From assembly GCA_029099845.1 (NCBI GenBank), contig JAQXOT010000006.1:230-64229 (forward strand): 64,000 nt of DNA. Direction: 5' to 3'. The position numbers and the translations under genes are program-made. This DNA is from a bacterium (GTDB lineage: Bacteria > Bacillota_I > Bacilli_A > RF39 > UBA660). The notes under the pieces were generated by a model. That model ran no database searches. It had not been told where the DNA came from and saw nothing but the letters and a program-made list of their open reading frames with translations. The stretch's first letter is position 1. Each line of letters opens with the position of its first letter. Below are positions 51,467 through 61,540 of this stretch, piece by piece.

Positions 51467-52094
51467 CTACTCTACCTCTAATCTTCCTAATATCTTTTAT
51501 AAATTGATACTCACCAATATCATCAGCACTAATAGTACCAATTTCTTTAGTACTTTTAATACTTAAAATATTATTTTTTATAATTGACAACATCTCAGCT
51601 TTCTCTTTTCCATTAGTTTGTCCATAATCTTCATCAATAAAAGTAAAAACACTTTTTAAAAAAGCCAAATATTCATCTTTCTTCATACCAGGTCTATAAT
51701 TAAGTAACCCACTCCAACAATCTAAAGTAGCACATAACGCATAAAGCCTTGGATCTCTATTACCATTACAAATAAACGTTACTGCTAAAAAATCATTCTT
51801 CTCATCTATTGCAGCATCAACCAAAGTTCTACCTTTAGAAGTAATCATTAATCCCTTTTTAATTTTTTCAATATCACAAAATTCAATACTTTCTCCACCA
51901 GCAATATACCATTTCAAAATATCATCAAGCAATAAAGGATTAATGCACCCCAAATCCTCAAAATCTTCCATAAAAATTGCCGTCATATAATCACTAGCTA
52001 AACAGTAGTTAAAAGCCACAAGCTCTTCATACGTAGTAGCATCAGGTTCTTCACACGTCTGAGCAAAACCACCTAAACCATTATAATATTTCAT
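51459..52094 (-). CDS. hypothetical protein
   Basis: The ORF runs to 52118. The ATG at 52094 (MKYYNGLGGF) follows a GGAAGAGG RBS. Confidence 0.45.
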   Translation of the reverse strand: MKYYNGLGGFAQTCEEPDATTYEELVAFNYCLASDYMTAIFMEDFEDLGCINPLLLDDILKWYIAGGESIEFCDIEKIKKGLMITSKGRTLVDAAIDEKNDFLAVTFICNGNRDPRLYALCATLDCWSGLLNYRPGMKKDEYLAFLKSVFTFIDEDYGQTNGKEKAEMLSIIKNNILSIKSTKEIGTISADDIGEYQFIKDIRKIRGRVDE

Positions 52095-52158
52095 AATAAA
52101 CAACCTCTTCCATGCCAAGCACCACTAAAATATCAATTATTTGTTAATATTATAACAT

Positions 52159-53217
52159 CTAATCTTTTAAACTACTACTATCATTCACAAGAAGTGTACT
52201 ATATAAAAATAAAACATCAGGTTTTTTTAAATCACCAACTAAATCCATAAAATAATTACTACTAATATATCGATCATCAATAACGATAATCTTCGAATAA
52301 TAAGGAACTAGTAAAGGAACCAAACTACTTCCAAAAGAATCTCTAAAAACCACTAACTCTTTTGAAGAAACACTAGGATTACTTATTTCAATAAAACTGC
52401 TTGCTCCATCTAAATATACCTCATAACTATCTAAGCCATCCAATTTGAAAAGATTATAAATTTCCTTCAAATTACTATTTTCTAAATACTTAACACTAAC
52501 TTGATCAAATATAGAAGTAGTTAAATAAACCAAATTATCAGGCTTTCGATCAACTGCACTTTCCCCATAATAAACTCCATAAAACTTATCATAAATATTT
52601 TCTTTATATAAAATATCATAATATGAAAAGTTCATTACCTCATCCATTTTAATAACTACTTCATTAAGCTTCTCTTGTTTCCAATGTGTATCAGTCTCAT
52701 AATAAGAAGATAAACTAAGAACATCTCTAACATCAATAAAATTACCTATATTTTCGACTTTATTATATATATAATTATAATCAATATTTAAAAAATAATC
52801 ATCATCCAAATAATAGTTTTTATCAGGAATAATCATTGTGTAAATATTACCATCAGGAAATAAACTACTAATCTTTTCTAAATGATTAATAAACTTTGAA
52901 ATAGATTTTTCATTAGTAGGATAATTACTCTTAAAAATATAATTATCTTTTAAATAAATACCATTATTATCTAACTTCCTAAGTACTTTATAATTATAAT
53001 TAGCCTTTATACTTCTAAAACCATCTCTAAAGGGAAACTGATCAAGAAAATATTTATCAACCTTAGTAATATAGTTATTATTAAGCTCTACTTTAGGAAA
53101 ACTAGCTAATTTTCTTCTTTCACTACTACTAATTTCTTTATCTTTTAAAATAAGACCTAAAATAGAAAATAAACCTAAATATCCAACAAATAAAAAGACA
53201 ATTATCTTATTTTTCAT
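52159..53217 (-). CDS. DHHW-family (AlgX/AlgJ-like SGNH) O-acetyltransferase accessory protein
   Basis: N-terminal TM helix, an ETDTHW motif, and adjacency to an MBOAT gene. Confidence 0.68.
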   Translation of the reverse strand: MKNKIIVFLFVGYLGLFSILGLILKDKEISSSERRKLASFPKVELNNNYITKVDKYFLDQFPFRDGFRSIKANYNYKVLRKLDNNGIYLKDNYIFKSNYPTNEKSISKFINHLEKISSLFPDGNIYTMIIPDKNYYLDDDYFLNIDYNYIYNKVENIGNFIDVRDVLSLSSYYETDTHWKQEKLNEVVIKMDEVMNFSYYDILYKENIYDKFYGVYYGESAVDRKPDNLVYLTTSIFDQVSVKYLENSNLKEIYNLFKLDGLDSYEVYLDGASSFIEISNPSVSSKELVVFRDSFGSSLVPLLVPYYSKIIVIDDRYISSNYFMDLVGDLKKPDVLFLYSTLLVNDSSSLKD

Positions 53218-53226
53218 AAATACCTC

Positions 53227-54603
53227 CTAAAATCTAAAATATAAAAATGGATTAAATGATGCATCTATTAAAAATGCTGTACATAAAGTTAATAACGCAA
53301 TATAAATAACTGGTTCTAATATATCAAGCACAATAGAAACTCTCGTCTTTTTTAAACGACAAATAACATTTTTAACTAATGGTGTTGCTGCAACAATCGC
53401 TAAAATAAACAATACTAAATTACTTTTTAAATAATAAATAGTCTCTTTACTAGTAAATGGAATATCACTTATAAAAAACATATTTTTTAACTCAATAATA
53501 ACATCACTTATACTATTACTATTAAATATTAAAAAACCGATAATAATAACTAATAAACTATAAAAATACTTAATTACTTTCGTCTTTTCTAAATACTTAC
53601 CCAAAAACATTTTTTCAATTACTAAAATAACCCCAAAATATAATCCCCAAAGAATAAAATTCCAACTTGCACCATGCCAAAAGCCAGTTAAAAACCAAAC
53701 AATAAAAATATTTCTAATCCACTTAAGCTTACTAACTCTATTTCCCCCTAAAGGAATATATACATAATCCCTAAACCAACTAGATAAAGATATATGCCAT
53801 CTACGCCAAAAATCAGTAATTGAAGAAGAAATTAAAGGATAGTTAAAATTTTCTGGAAATTTAAAACCAAACACAAGACCTAAACCAATTGCCATATCAC
53901 TATAACCACTAAAATCAAAATATATTTGTAATGTAAAAAGTATAGGATTTAACCATGAAGAAAGTACATTAACATCAACTAAACTAGCAATAACTTCTCC
54001 TAACACATTCGCCAGTAAAACTTTCTTCGCCAAACCAATAACAAATCTTCCTACTCCCTCTGCTATCTCATTATAGCTAGTATCTCTTTTATATAAAGAG
54101 GAAGCTACATCACTATACCTAACAATCGGACCAGCTACTAACTGCGGGAACAAACATAAATAAGTCATAAAATAAAGCAAATTATCTGATGGCTCATGTA
54201 CCCCTTTATAAACATCAATAACATAACCTAAACCTTGAAAAGTAAAAAAACTAATCCCTATTGGCATAACAATATTTAAAAAACTAATATTAAGATGAAA
54301 TAAATTATTAATATTATCTATAAAAAAATTAGTATACTTAAAAACAAGTAATTGAAAAATATTATAAAAGCAAGCTAAAACCAAAAATAATTTCTTATTC
54401 CTTCCAGTTACTAACTTACCAAAATAATAATTTAAAACACCAGATAATATTAAAACAAGTATATATTTAGGTTCCCCTAAAAAATAAAATAATAAACTAA
54501 ATATTAATAATACAAAATTCCGATAATTTTTAGGAACAATAAAATAAACAAGTAATAATAAAACTAAAAAATAATATAAAAACGTTATACTAGAAAATAC
54601 CAT
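53227..54603 (-). CDS. MBOAT family O-acyltransferase (AlgI/DltB-like)
   Basis: Polytopic membrane protein with FWRRWHISLS and GFWHGASW conserved-His motifs. Confidence 0.88.
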   Translation of the reverse strand: MVFSSITFLYYFLVLLLLVYFIVPKNYRNFVLLIFSLLFYFLGEPKYILVLILSGVLNYYFGKLVTGRNKKLFLVLACFYNIFQLLVFKYTNFFIDNINNLFHLNISFLNIVMPIGISFFTFQGLGYVIDVYKGVHEPSDNLLYFMTYLCLFPQLVAGPIVRYSDVASSLYKRDTSYNEIAEGVGRFVIGLAKKVLLANVLGEVIASLVDVNVLSSWLNPILFTLQIYFDFSGYSDMAIGLGLVFGFKFPENFNYPLISSSITDFWRRWHISLSSWFRDYVYIPLGGNRVSKLKWIRNIFIVWFLTGFWHGASWNFILWGLYFGVILVIEKMFLGKYLEKTKVIKYFYSLLVIIIGFLIFNSNSISDVIIELKNMFFISDIPFTSKETIYYLKSNLVLFILAIVAATPLVKNVICRLKKTRVSIVLDILEPVIYIALLTLCTAFLIDASFNPFLYFRF

Positions 54604-54638
54604 TTATCCTCCTATGAAAAAAGACCTCAAAATAGGTC

Positions 54639-55112
54639 TTATAGGTTATCAAATCCTTCTTCTAAAGTAGCTCTAGTATCTTCATCAGCTACTATAATCA
54701 GAATGACTAAATTACCCTTATTTTTAATAATTACTTCATCATCTTCAACGCCAACACATACCCATTTCCTTGGATTAACATTGTCTTTAATGGCTGTTTT
54801 AACGTCTTCTACTGATTCACCATCTTTAACCCTTAACAATACAACAGAATGAGCAGTTGAACCAATTCCAGACTCTGAAGCTAAAGCTTCTTCATATGGA
54901 ACATCTTTAGTTCCTATATAATATTCAATATTATCATCATTAAGAGTAATGTTTTCTAACATCATTGGTCGTTTATCTTCTGGTACATCTTGATAAACCT
55001 TAGTCATCAAGTCTTCCAAAGTACCTTCAACGTTTTTATTTCCACAACCAGTAATCATCATAATAGCAATAAACACTAAAACTATAAGACTAATTTTTTT
55101 AATATTTTGCAT
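54639..55112 (-). CDS. lipoprotein (DUF4358-like)
   Basis: TAGGAGG RBS before the ATG at 55112 and lipobox MMITGC. This family commonly accompanies MBOAT/DHHW pairs. Confidence 0.55.
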   Translation of the reverse strand: MQNIKKISLIVLVFIAIMMITGCGNKNVEGTLEDLMTKVYQDVPEDKRPMMLENITLNDDNIEYYIGTKDVPYEEALASESGIGSTAHSVVLLRVKDGESVEDVKTAIKDNVNPRKWVCVGVEDDEVIIKNKGNLVILIIVADEDTRATLEEGFDNL

Positions 55113-55210
55113 TTTTAATCCTCCTATCAATAACTATTGTACCAAATAAATATATTTTTACAAGAAAAACTTTTAAAACTTAAAAAAGAAACTAAAAAAA
55201 GAAAGGAATA

Positions 55211-58200
55211 TTAAAAACCATTCCTATCTTTCCCATCTGATACATATCGTAATATTCGAGCTTTATCAGGTAAATTACTAGCCACAATATCTGCATCCAA
55301 ATTATTTCTATTAAAACGAACTAATCGTCTTTCTATATCAAAATTTCCATCTTTTCTTTCCTTCAATACATAATAGCAAGCAGTATCATTATAATCATCT
55401 TCATATCCCATACCAACAGCCCTTAATGTCATAACTTTTACATCACCAATTTTATCTTCCATATGAAAATGTACATGTCCTTGAATAATAGCATCATAAT
55501 CAGTTACCATTTTTCCATCAAATAAAGGTCTTTCATAAGCCGAGATAACTCCCTTATCCTTTAAATCTTTAGAAGTAGTAGCAATCTCTTCTCTTTTCTT
55601 TTTATCCTGCAAACTATTAGTATACAAAAATTGTTCACTCGCTTTATCAGTACCATATTTTGATCTATAATTATATGTATTATGAGCATCATCAAAATCA
55701 TAACGTACATCATTACAAAAATGTACTAAACCAATCGTTTTATTACCAATCTTTAAATCAATTGATGGTGGTAATTTTTTTAGTTTTTCCACTCTTTCTT
55801 TTCCTAAAAGAAGTTTAGTCCATTTATAGCTATCAACTCTTTCTGATTCTGAAGAAATATAAGGAAAAGGTTCAATACCCAAAGTATTATAATACTCACT
55901 ATTTCCAGCAACAGAAATAACTCCATATTCCTCTAATAAATCAAACACTTCTACTGGATTAGGTCCATTACCAATATTATCTCCCAAAGAATAAATTTCC
56001 GTAATTCCATTTTTCCTAATATCCTCTAAAACTGCCAGTGTTGGCTCATATAATGAATGACTATCAGTAAACAAAGCTACTTCTCTTCCAGTATACATGG
56101 CATTTTCCTTTTCTAACGCTAAACAAGGTTCAAGTACACCAATAATAGCCTCTAGCTTTCTACACTTTTCTAAATCTTCTAAAACAACAGTATCATTATT
56201 ACTAAATACCATTTTAGGATTATCAATAGCCGTACCAATGTTCTGAGTAATAATAAAAGGCAAATTATATTTTTTATGATACAAAAGTTCCATTTCTGAT
56301 GGACACCTACCACCTGGTAACGCTAATCCACAAGGAATAAGTCCTTCAGCAAATAATAATGCTTCTGAATTATTCAAAACAACTGCACTAGTCTCTAAAA
56401 TACCACGTTGTGTTCTCTCAAACTCAGCTACCTCACAAGAATTATTATTAAGCTTATGATTAGTTCCCATATTATAAATAGAACTACAAACAAAACTTCC
56501 CTTAGGGATTTTATCAAACAACAAAATAACTTCAGAACTATCCCAATAATATTTTTGTCCCTTATAACTAATTGGCGTAACAGAAATAAAATTACTCTTA
56601 CCAGAAGTTTTTCCTCTTACACGATCATCAAAACTTTCATTTATACTAAAAACATGACCATATAAGACATAATTCTTATCAGAAAAATCAAAAACCTCTC
56701 CACCATACTTCCTAGATAACTCATGATTAATTACTCCAGGTATATTTCTAACTTTTGCTAAAGAAGTCAAATGATTAATAGAATCAGCTTCATAAAGTCT
56801 TATTACCTCTTTTTCAAACTGAGAAAACAAATTCTGAAATAAAGATAAAACTTCAACATCACTAAAAACAAAATCCAAAACTTCCGTCAATCCTAAAACA
56901 TTATTAGTACAATTAACCATTTCTATAATATTAGAATATAAAAGTAATTCATCTATTAAAGCAGTAATTCCAGAAGAATTAGCATTATCTTTCTTTAAAG
57001 TCTTAAGTGCTTCCGTTCCCCCAATTGATGATAATATTTGATTAGCATCACAAAATACCATCTCATTAAAAATTGCCTTTAATTGTTCTAAATCTAATCC
57101 CCCAGTAATTTTTTCTGTAATACCTTTATAAAATTCCTTCTTATATAAAGATATATCAGCTAATTTATTAGGAACAAAAACATCATTAAAACCTTTTGTA
57201 TTAAATAAAAATTGAATATTTTGCTTATCTTCTCTAGATAACAAAGTATTATTATTAGCAAGATTTAAACATAAATCATGATATTTATTAAAGTTACTAA
57301 GTATTTCCAAAAAATTAGAAATAGTGCTAACTCCATTCTCAGTACTACTATTACCATAATAATTACTAAAGAAATATCTTTTTACTTTAATAAATTCTAA
57401 AACCTTATCTTCACTAATTATATTAGTTAAATCAACTAACCAATTAGAATATCTTTGACTACCAGTACCATATTGTAAAAAAGACTGAAATTCAATACCA
57501 GCTAAATTAATTAATCTCTTAATATCATTATAATTATTTACAAGTAAATCAGCATTATCTAAATTAAGTGTCTCTAAACAATTTTGTAAATCAACCTCAT
57601 AAATACCAAAATGTTCCATAATTCTTCTTTTAACAGAAAGTAATACATTAGGATCTTTTAAATAACCTAAAAGAACATCATTACTTATACCATCTAATTT
57701 ACTAGCTACAATTAAACTAGTAGAATCTAAAATTCTATTTTTTATTTCTCCAGAAAAATTAAGTTTATCTAAAGACAATATATCAACTAAATCCAAACTA
57801 TTAATATAATCATTAAAAATTAAAGGTTTAATATTAAAAACTTTATTAATTATTATACTATTTAAATTATGTTCAGCTAATAAAGTAAAGACATTATTTT
57901 CATTTATTCCAACTTCAATTAATAACTCTAGTAATAATTCTCCACTATTATCATACATAATTTTATTAACAACCTCATCACCAGTTAATTCTTTTATTTC
58001 TCTTATAAAATCTTCTTTATATTCTAAAAATATCTTTTGTTTAACTGCATAAGGTAAATGACTACTATTACTTAAATACCTTTTACTACCATAAAAAATA
58101 TTATGCTTTTTAATTGCTGTATCTAAGACATCTGCTTTGTTTCTAATAATATAATCTTTTATATCATTAGGTAAGTCTGAAAGATTAAGCCAAATTAAAA

Positions 58201-59041
58201 TATTTTGTGAATCTATTTCTGCAATCATTTCAAATAAAGTATCTTTTCTTTTCTTAACAATCATACCAGTTAATGAAGAACTAGTTGGCCTATTCATTAC
58301 CCGAAATAAAGTTTTCTTATCAGCTGCTATAATAGCCTCTAAAATAACATCAGGCCTAAATTTCTTTATATCTTCAGCAAGGGGAAAAATAATATTAGAC
58401 TTAGTAATAACATCAAGAATATTATTACTATCTAAATTACTAATATAATCCTCTATATCCCTACGCTTTAATCCACAAACTAAACTTACTTCACTAGAAG
58501 GTAACTCTTTATTACCAGTAACTTCAAATAAGTTATCCATATCAACTTTTCGAAGAATAATTTTTTCTTTAATAATATCTGAAATATCATTACTTTTTAA
58601 ACTATCAATAATATCACTACTAGATAAAATCCTAGTATCAATAAGATAAAACTTTAAATCAATAGGAATATCTTGCCCTAGTAATTTTAAAGCCTCTTGA
58701 GTACTTAAACGTAAATCAATAATTAATTTTTTTCTTTCTAATGGCACATCTAAATCACAAATAGTTTGAGTAAGATTAGATCCATAGATATCATCAATAA
58801 TAATTTTTTTCAATTCAATAGGGCAAAAATCAGTATCTAACAAAGCCTCATCAAATACACCCCTACGTATAAATGCATTTTTAAGCTTTAATAACCGTTC
58901 CGAATCAAGTGCCCATTTATTAATCTCATCACAAATAAGTGTTTTAACTCCAACCGATAAATCAGTAGAAAATAAATACGAAATAATCATTTCTTCAGAA
59001 AGACTATCTAAAAAACCAGAACTAAAATCATTTTTATCCAT
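55211..59041 (-). CDS. giant helical-repeat protein with a C-terminal calcineurin-like metallophosphoesterase domain
   Basis: The ORF runs to 59134 and the probable start is MDKNDF at 59041. The C-terminal ~320 aa carry MPE motifs: TDSH, LGDNIGNG, AGNSE, LVHF, QGHVHF. The N-terminal ~950 aa are unassigned. Confidence 0.7.
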   Translation of the reverse strand: MDKNDFSSGFLDSLSEEMIISYLFSTDLSVGVKTLICDEINKWALDSERLLKLKNAFIRRGVFDEALLDTDFCPIELKKIIIDDIYGSNLTQTICDLDVPLERKKLIIDLRLSTQEALKLLGQDIPIDLKFYLIDTRILSSSDIIDSLKSNDISDIIKEKIILRKVDMDNLFEVTGNKELPSSEVSLVCGLKRRDIEDYISNLDSNNILDVITKSNIIFPLAEDIKKFRPDVILEAIIAADKKTLFRVMNRPTSSSLTGMIVKKRKDTLFEMIAEIDSQNILIWLNLSDLPNDIKDYIIRNKADVLDTAIKKHNIFYGSKRYLSNSSHLPYAVKQKIFLEYKEDFIREIKELTGDEVVNKIMYDNSGELLLELLIEVGINENNVFTLLAEHNLNSIIINKVFNIKPLIFNDYINSLDLVDILSLDKLNFSGEIKNRILDSTSLIVASKLDGISNDVLLGYLKDPNVLLSVKRRIMEHFGIYEVDLQNCLETLNLDNADLLVNNYNDIKRLINLAGIEFQSFLQYGTGSQRYSNWLVDLTNIISEDKVLEFIKVKRYFFSNYYGNSSTENGVSTISNFLEILSNFNKYHDLCLNLANNNTLLSREDKQNIQFLFNTKGFNDVFVPNKLADISLYKKEFYKGITEKITGGLDLEQLKAIFNEMVFCDANQILSSIGGTEALKTLKKDNANSSGITALIDELLLYSNIIEMVNCTNNVLGLTEVLDFVFSDVEVLSLFQNLFSQFEKEVIRLYEADSINHLTSLAKVRNIPGVINHELSRKYGGEVFDFSDKNYVLYGHVFSINESFDDRVRGKTSGKSNFISVTPISYKGQKYYWDSSEVILLFDKIPKGSFVCSSIYNMGTNHKLNNNSCEVAEFERTQRGILETSAVVLNNSEALLFAEGLIPCGLALPGGRCPSEMELLYHKKYNLPFIITQNIGTAIDNPKMVFSNNDTVVLEDLEKCRKLEAIIGVLEPCLALEKENAMYTGREVALFTDSHSLYEPTLAVLEDIRKNGITEIYSLGDNIGNGPNPVEVFDLLEEYGVISVAGNSEYYNTLGIEPFPYISSESERVDSYKWTKLLLGKERVEKLKKLPPSIDLKIGNKTIGLVHFCNDVRYDFDDAHNTYNYRSKYGTDKASEQFLYTNSLQDKKKREEIATTSKDLKDKGVISAYERPLFDGKMVTDYDAIIQGHVHFHMEDKIGDVKVMTLRAVGMGYEDDYNDTACYYVLKERKDGNFDIERRLVRFNRNNLDADIVASNLPDKARILRYVSDGKDRNGF

Positions 59042-59197
59042 ACTACCCATCCCCATTAGTGCCCATATTATACTACAAAATATCAAAAATGTCAATTTAC
59101 ACCAGTCAAAGATAATATAAAAGTTATGAAACAAATAATCAAAGAAGTTAAATTATTAAACTTGATTTTTTTCTAATTAACAAAATTTATATAATAA

Positions 59198-59983
59198 ACA
59201 TGCCAACTAATATCAAGCACAATAAAAGACACTATTTATTATAAAAATGATATTTATAAATTTCTAAAGTCATTGTTAAATTATGCTACTGATTGGTATG
59301 GTTTCAGTTTCGTACACGTTTATAGAAAAATGCATAACTTTAATAATCCAAATGAATTACCAAAAGAAATGTTATATTTCACTTATGATGAATTTCAAAA
59401 GTTCTTATCTGTTGAAAAAGATATTAAATTTAGATGTGCTTGGCAACTACTCTACTACTGTGGATTAAGAATTGGTGAATTAAAAGGTATCACATGGAAA
59501 GATATAGACTTTGAAAATAGAACTGTTAGTATTAATAAGCAAATAACTCAGCAATCCTGCCGTTCTAAATGGACATTCTCGCCACCAAAAACTGCTAAGA
59601 GTAATAGAGTTCTACCATTAACAAAAGTGCTCTTAAATGACCTAGAAACACTTAAAAAGAGTGATTCTGAATTACTATTTGGATTCAATGATTCATACTT
59701 TGTAATTGGAGATATTGCACCACAAATAAGCAGTACTATTACAGCTAAGAAAAATCGTAATTGTGAACTTGCAGGAGTTAAACAAATAAGGATCCATGAT
59801 TTCAGGCATTCATGTGCTTCCCTACTTATTTATAAAGGTGCTAATATTAATACTGTTTCTAAATTCTTAGGGCATACTAAAATAGAAGAAACTCTTAATA
59901 CATATACACATTTGTATAAGAATGCTCTAACAGATATAACATCACTTATAGATGATATGAATGAAGAATTAGGTAATTCCTAA
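59198..59983 (+). pseudogene. 5'-truncated tyrosine recombinase (phage-type integrase)
   Basis: The catalytic domain is intact (GLRIGE, HDFRHSCAS, GHTKIEETLNTYTHLY), but the frame opens only at 59198, just after a stop. Only about 35 aa of the core-binding domain remain, and there is no canonical start (TTG at 59273). Confidence 0.72.
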
Positions 59984-59997
59984 TCTTTTTTATTGTA

Positions 59998-60021
59998 AGA
60001 AAAAACGGATTCTCATCCGCT
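59998..60021 (-). terminator. terminator-like hairpin after the macro-domain gene
   Basis: On the minus strand: AGCGGAT-gaga-ATCCGTT followed by a T-run. Confidence 0.45.
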
Positions 60022-60028
60022 CTTATAG

Positions 60029-60982
60029 TTATTTTTTTAATATTTTAGCTCTTTCAACAAGTTTAAGCATAGATCCATTTTCTATCATATTATCTATTGA
60101 ACCCTCAGCAATTCTTTCTATATTAAAGATTCTTAAAATCAAGTATGATACTCTTCCAATATCTAAATTATCAAAATCATATTCTTGCCAATCTTCATCA
60201 AAGAATTCAGGATAATTATCACGATTGTAATATTTCTCTTCAATATAATTGTTTTTAACTAAGTATTCTGGAATATCAAAAAATCTCCAATCATAATGTA
60301 ATCCACCCATATAATGAATTTTTTGTCCATCTTCTCCTATAGTATAACTTGGATCAGGAGTAACATATTCTGCTTTTTTATAATCATTTTTTAAATAATC
60401 AACTATTTCATCAATGGAATCAAATCCTCGTTTTTCTTCTCTTTCATATTCTTTATTCATTTTATCTTGTTGTTCAATTGCTTTTTCATATTCATCATCA
60501 GAGTATGCACATAATAAAACATCTATATCATAATCATAATTATCGATTACAAATTTATTATAAGCTTTTATGCAATACTTAGTTGAAATAGCAACAGGAT
60601 CTTCTAAATCTCCACCAAAAATACCAGAACTAATTAAAGGAAATGCTATTGTATGATAATTGTTATTTTTTAACTCAATCAATGAATTATAATATGCATC
60701 ACATAATTCTCCAAAAGCATCAGCTGTTCTTCCAAAATCAGGACCTACGGCATGGATAATAATTTTAGCATTTGTTATATTAAATGCAGGTGTAACTATT
60801 ACTGATCCATCTCTAATTGGTAATTTATATTTATGGCATGCATCATTTAGTTCTGGTCCTGCTTTCATTAAAATTGCACGAGCCACTCCACCACCATGCA
60901 TCATATGACCATTAGCAGCATTAACTATTGCATCAACTTTTTGATTAACACAAGAATCTTTTATTATTTTGAAATTACTCAT
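60029..60982 (-). CDS. MacroD-type macro domain protein fused to an uncharacterised C-terminal domain
   Basis: VDAIVNAANGHMMHGGGVARAI, IIHAVGPDFG and AFPLISSGIFGG are ADP-ribose-binding/hydrolase motifs. The C-terminal ~140 aa are acidic and aromatic and unassigned. Confidence 0.85.
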   Translation of the reverse strand: MSNFKIIKDSCVNQKVDAIVNAANGHMMHGGGVARAILMKAGPELNDACHKYKLPIRDGSVIVTPAFNITNAKIIIHAVGPDFGRTADAFGELCDAYYNSLIELKNNNYHTIAFPLISSGIFGGDLEDPVAISTKYCIKAYNKFVIDNYDYDIDVLLCAYSDDEYEKAIEQQDKMNKEYEREEKRGFDSIDEIVDYLKNDYKKAEYVTPDPSYTIGEDGQKIHYMGGLHYDWRFFDIPEYLVKNNYIEEKYYNRDNYPEFFDEDWQEYDFDNLDIGRVSYLILRIFNIERIAEGSIDNMIENGSMLKLVERAKILKK

Positions 60983-61284
60983 AAATACACCTCTATATTT
61001 ATTATAGCAAAAAAGTATAATATCTCATACAGGCAAGAATCAGAAAAGCGTCCTCTTCTAGGTGATCTTTAAACTTTTTAGCTCACTCTCATTAGAAGAG
61101 AGCAACCTTTTAGATAATTCCCTTTATTTATGCGGATTTCAAGCGATATGAAATTACAACTTTTTAATAATAGATACAAATTACATACGATTTTTATGTC
61201 TTAGACAAAATTATCTTGGTACCAAGCAACTTCCTTTTAATTCCTTATAAAATGGGCAAAAATGTGGGAAAATGCTAAATAAAA

Positions 61285-61306
61285 TTGGACCAAAATTGGA
61301 CCAAAA
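61285..61306. repeat. tandem 11-mer TTGGACCAAAA x2
   Basis: Exact tandem duplication read directly from the sequence, inside a gene-free region. Confidence 0.9.
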
Positions 61307-61350
61307 AATTTTATTTCAAAAATCACAAACCCTTATAAACACTGGCTTTA

Positions 61351-61378
61351 AAACAAAAATGAGAGCCAAATGGCTCTC
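61351..61378 (-). terminator. terminator-like hairpin
   Basis: On the minus strand: GAGAGCC-attt-GGCTCTC followed by ATTTTTGTTTT. Confidence 0.5.
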
Positions 61379-61495
61379 TTCAGGGGGAACTTAAAAAAGG
61401 ACTTTCTGGAACTTTACCGAGAGTTACGCACCCTTATAAATAAAGGGATTTGATGTTGTCGGTATAATTTGAAACTTAGCATTTTTTATACCTTT

Positions 61496-61517
61496 TGTCA
61501 CCCAGATGTCACCCAGA
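61496..61517. repeat. tandem 11-mer TGTCACCCAGA x2 (plus partial third ATGTC)
   Basis: Exact tandem duplication read directly from the sequence, about 25 bp from direct-repeat copy A. Confidence 0.9.
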
Positions 61518-61540
61518 AATGTCGCCTATGCGTCCCAAAC

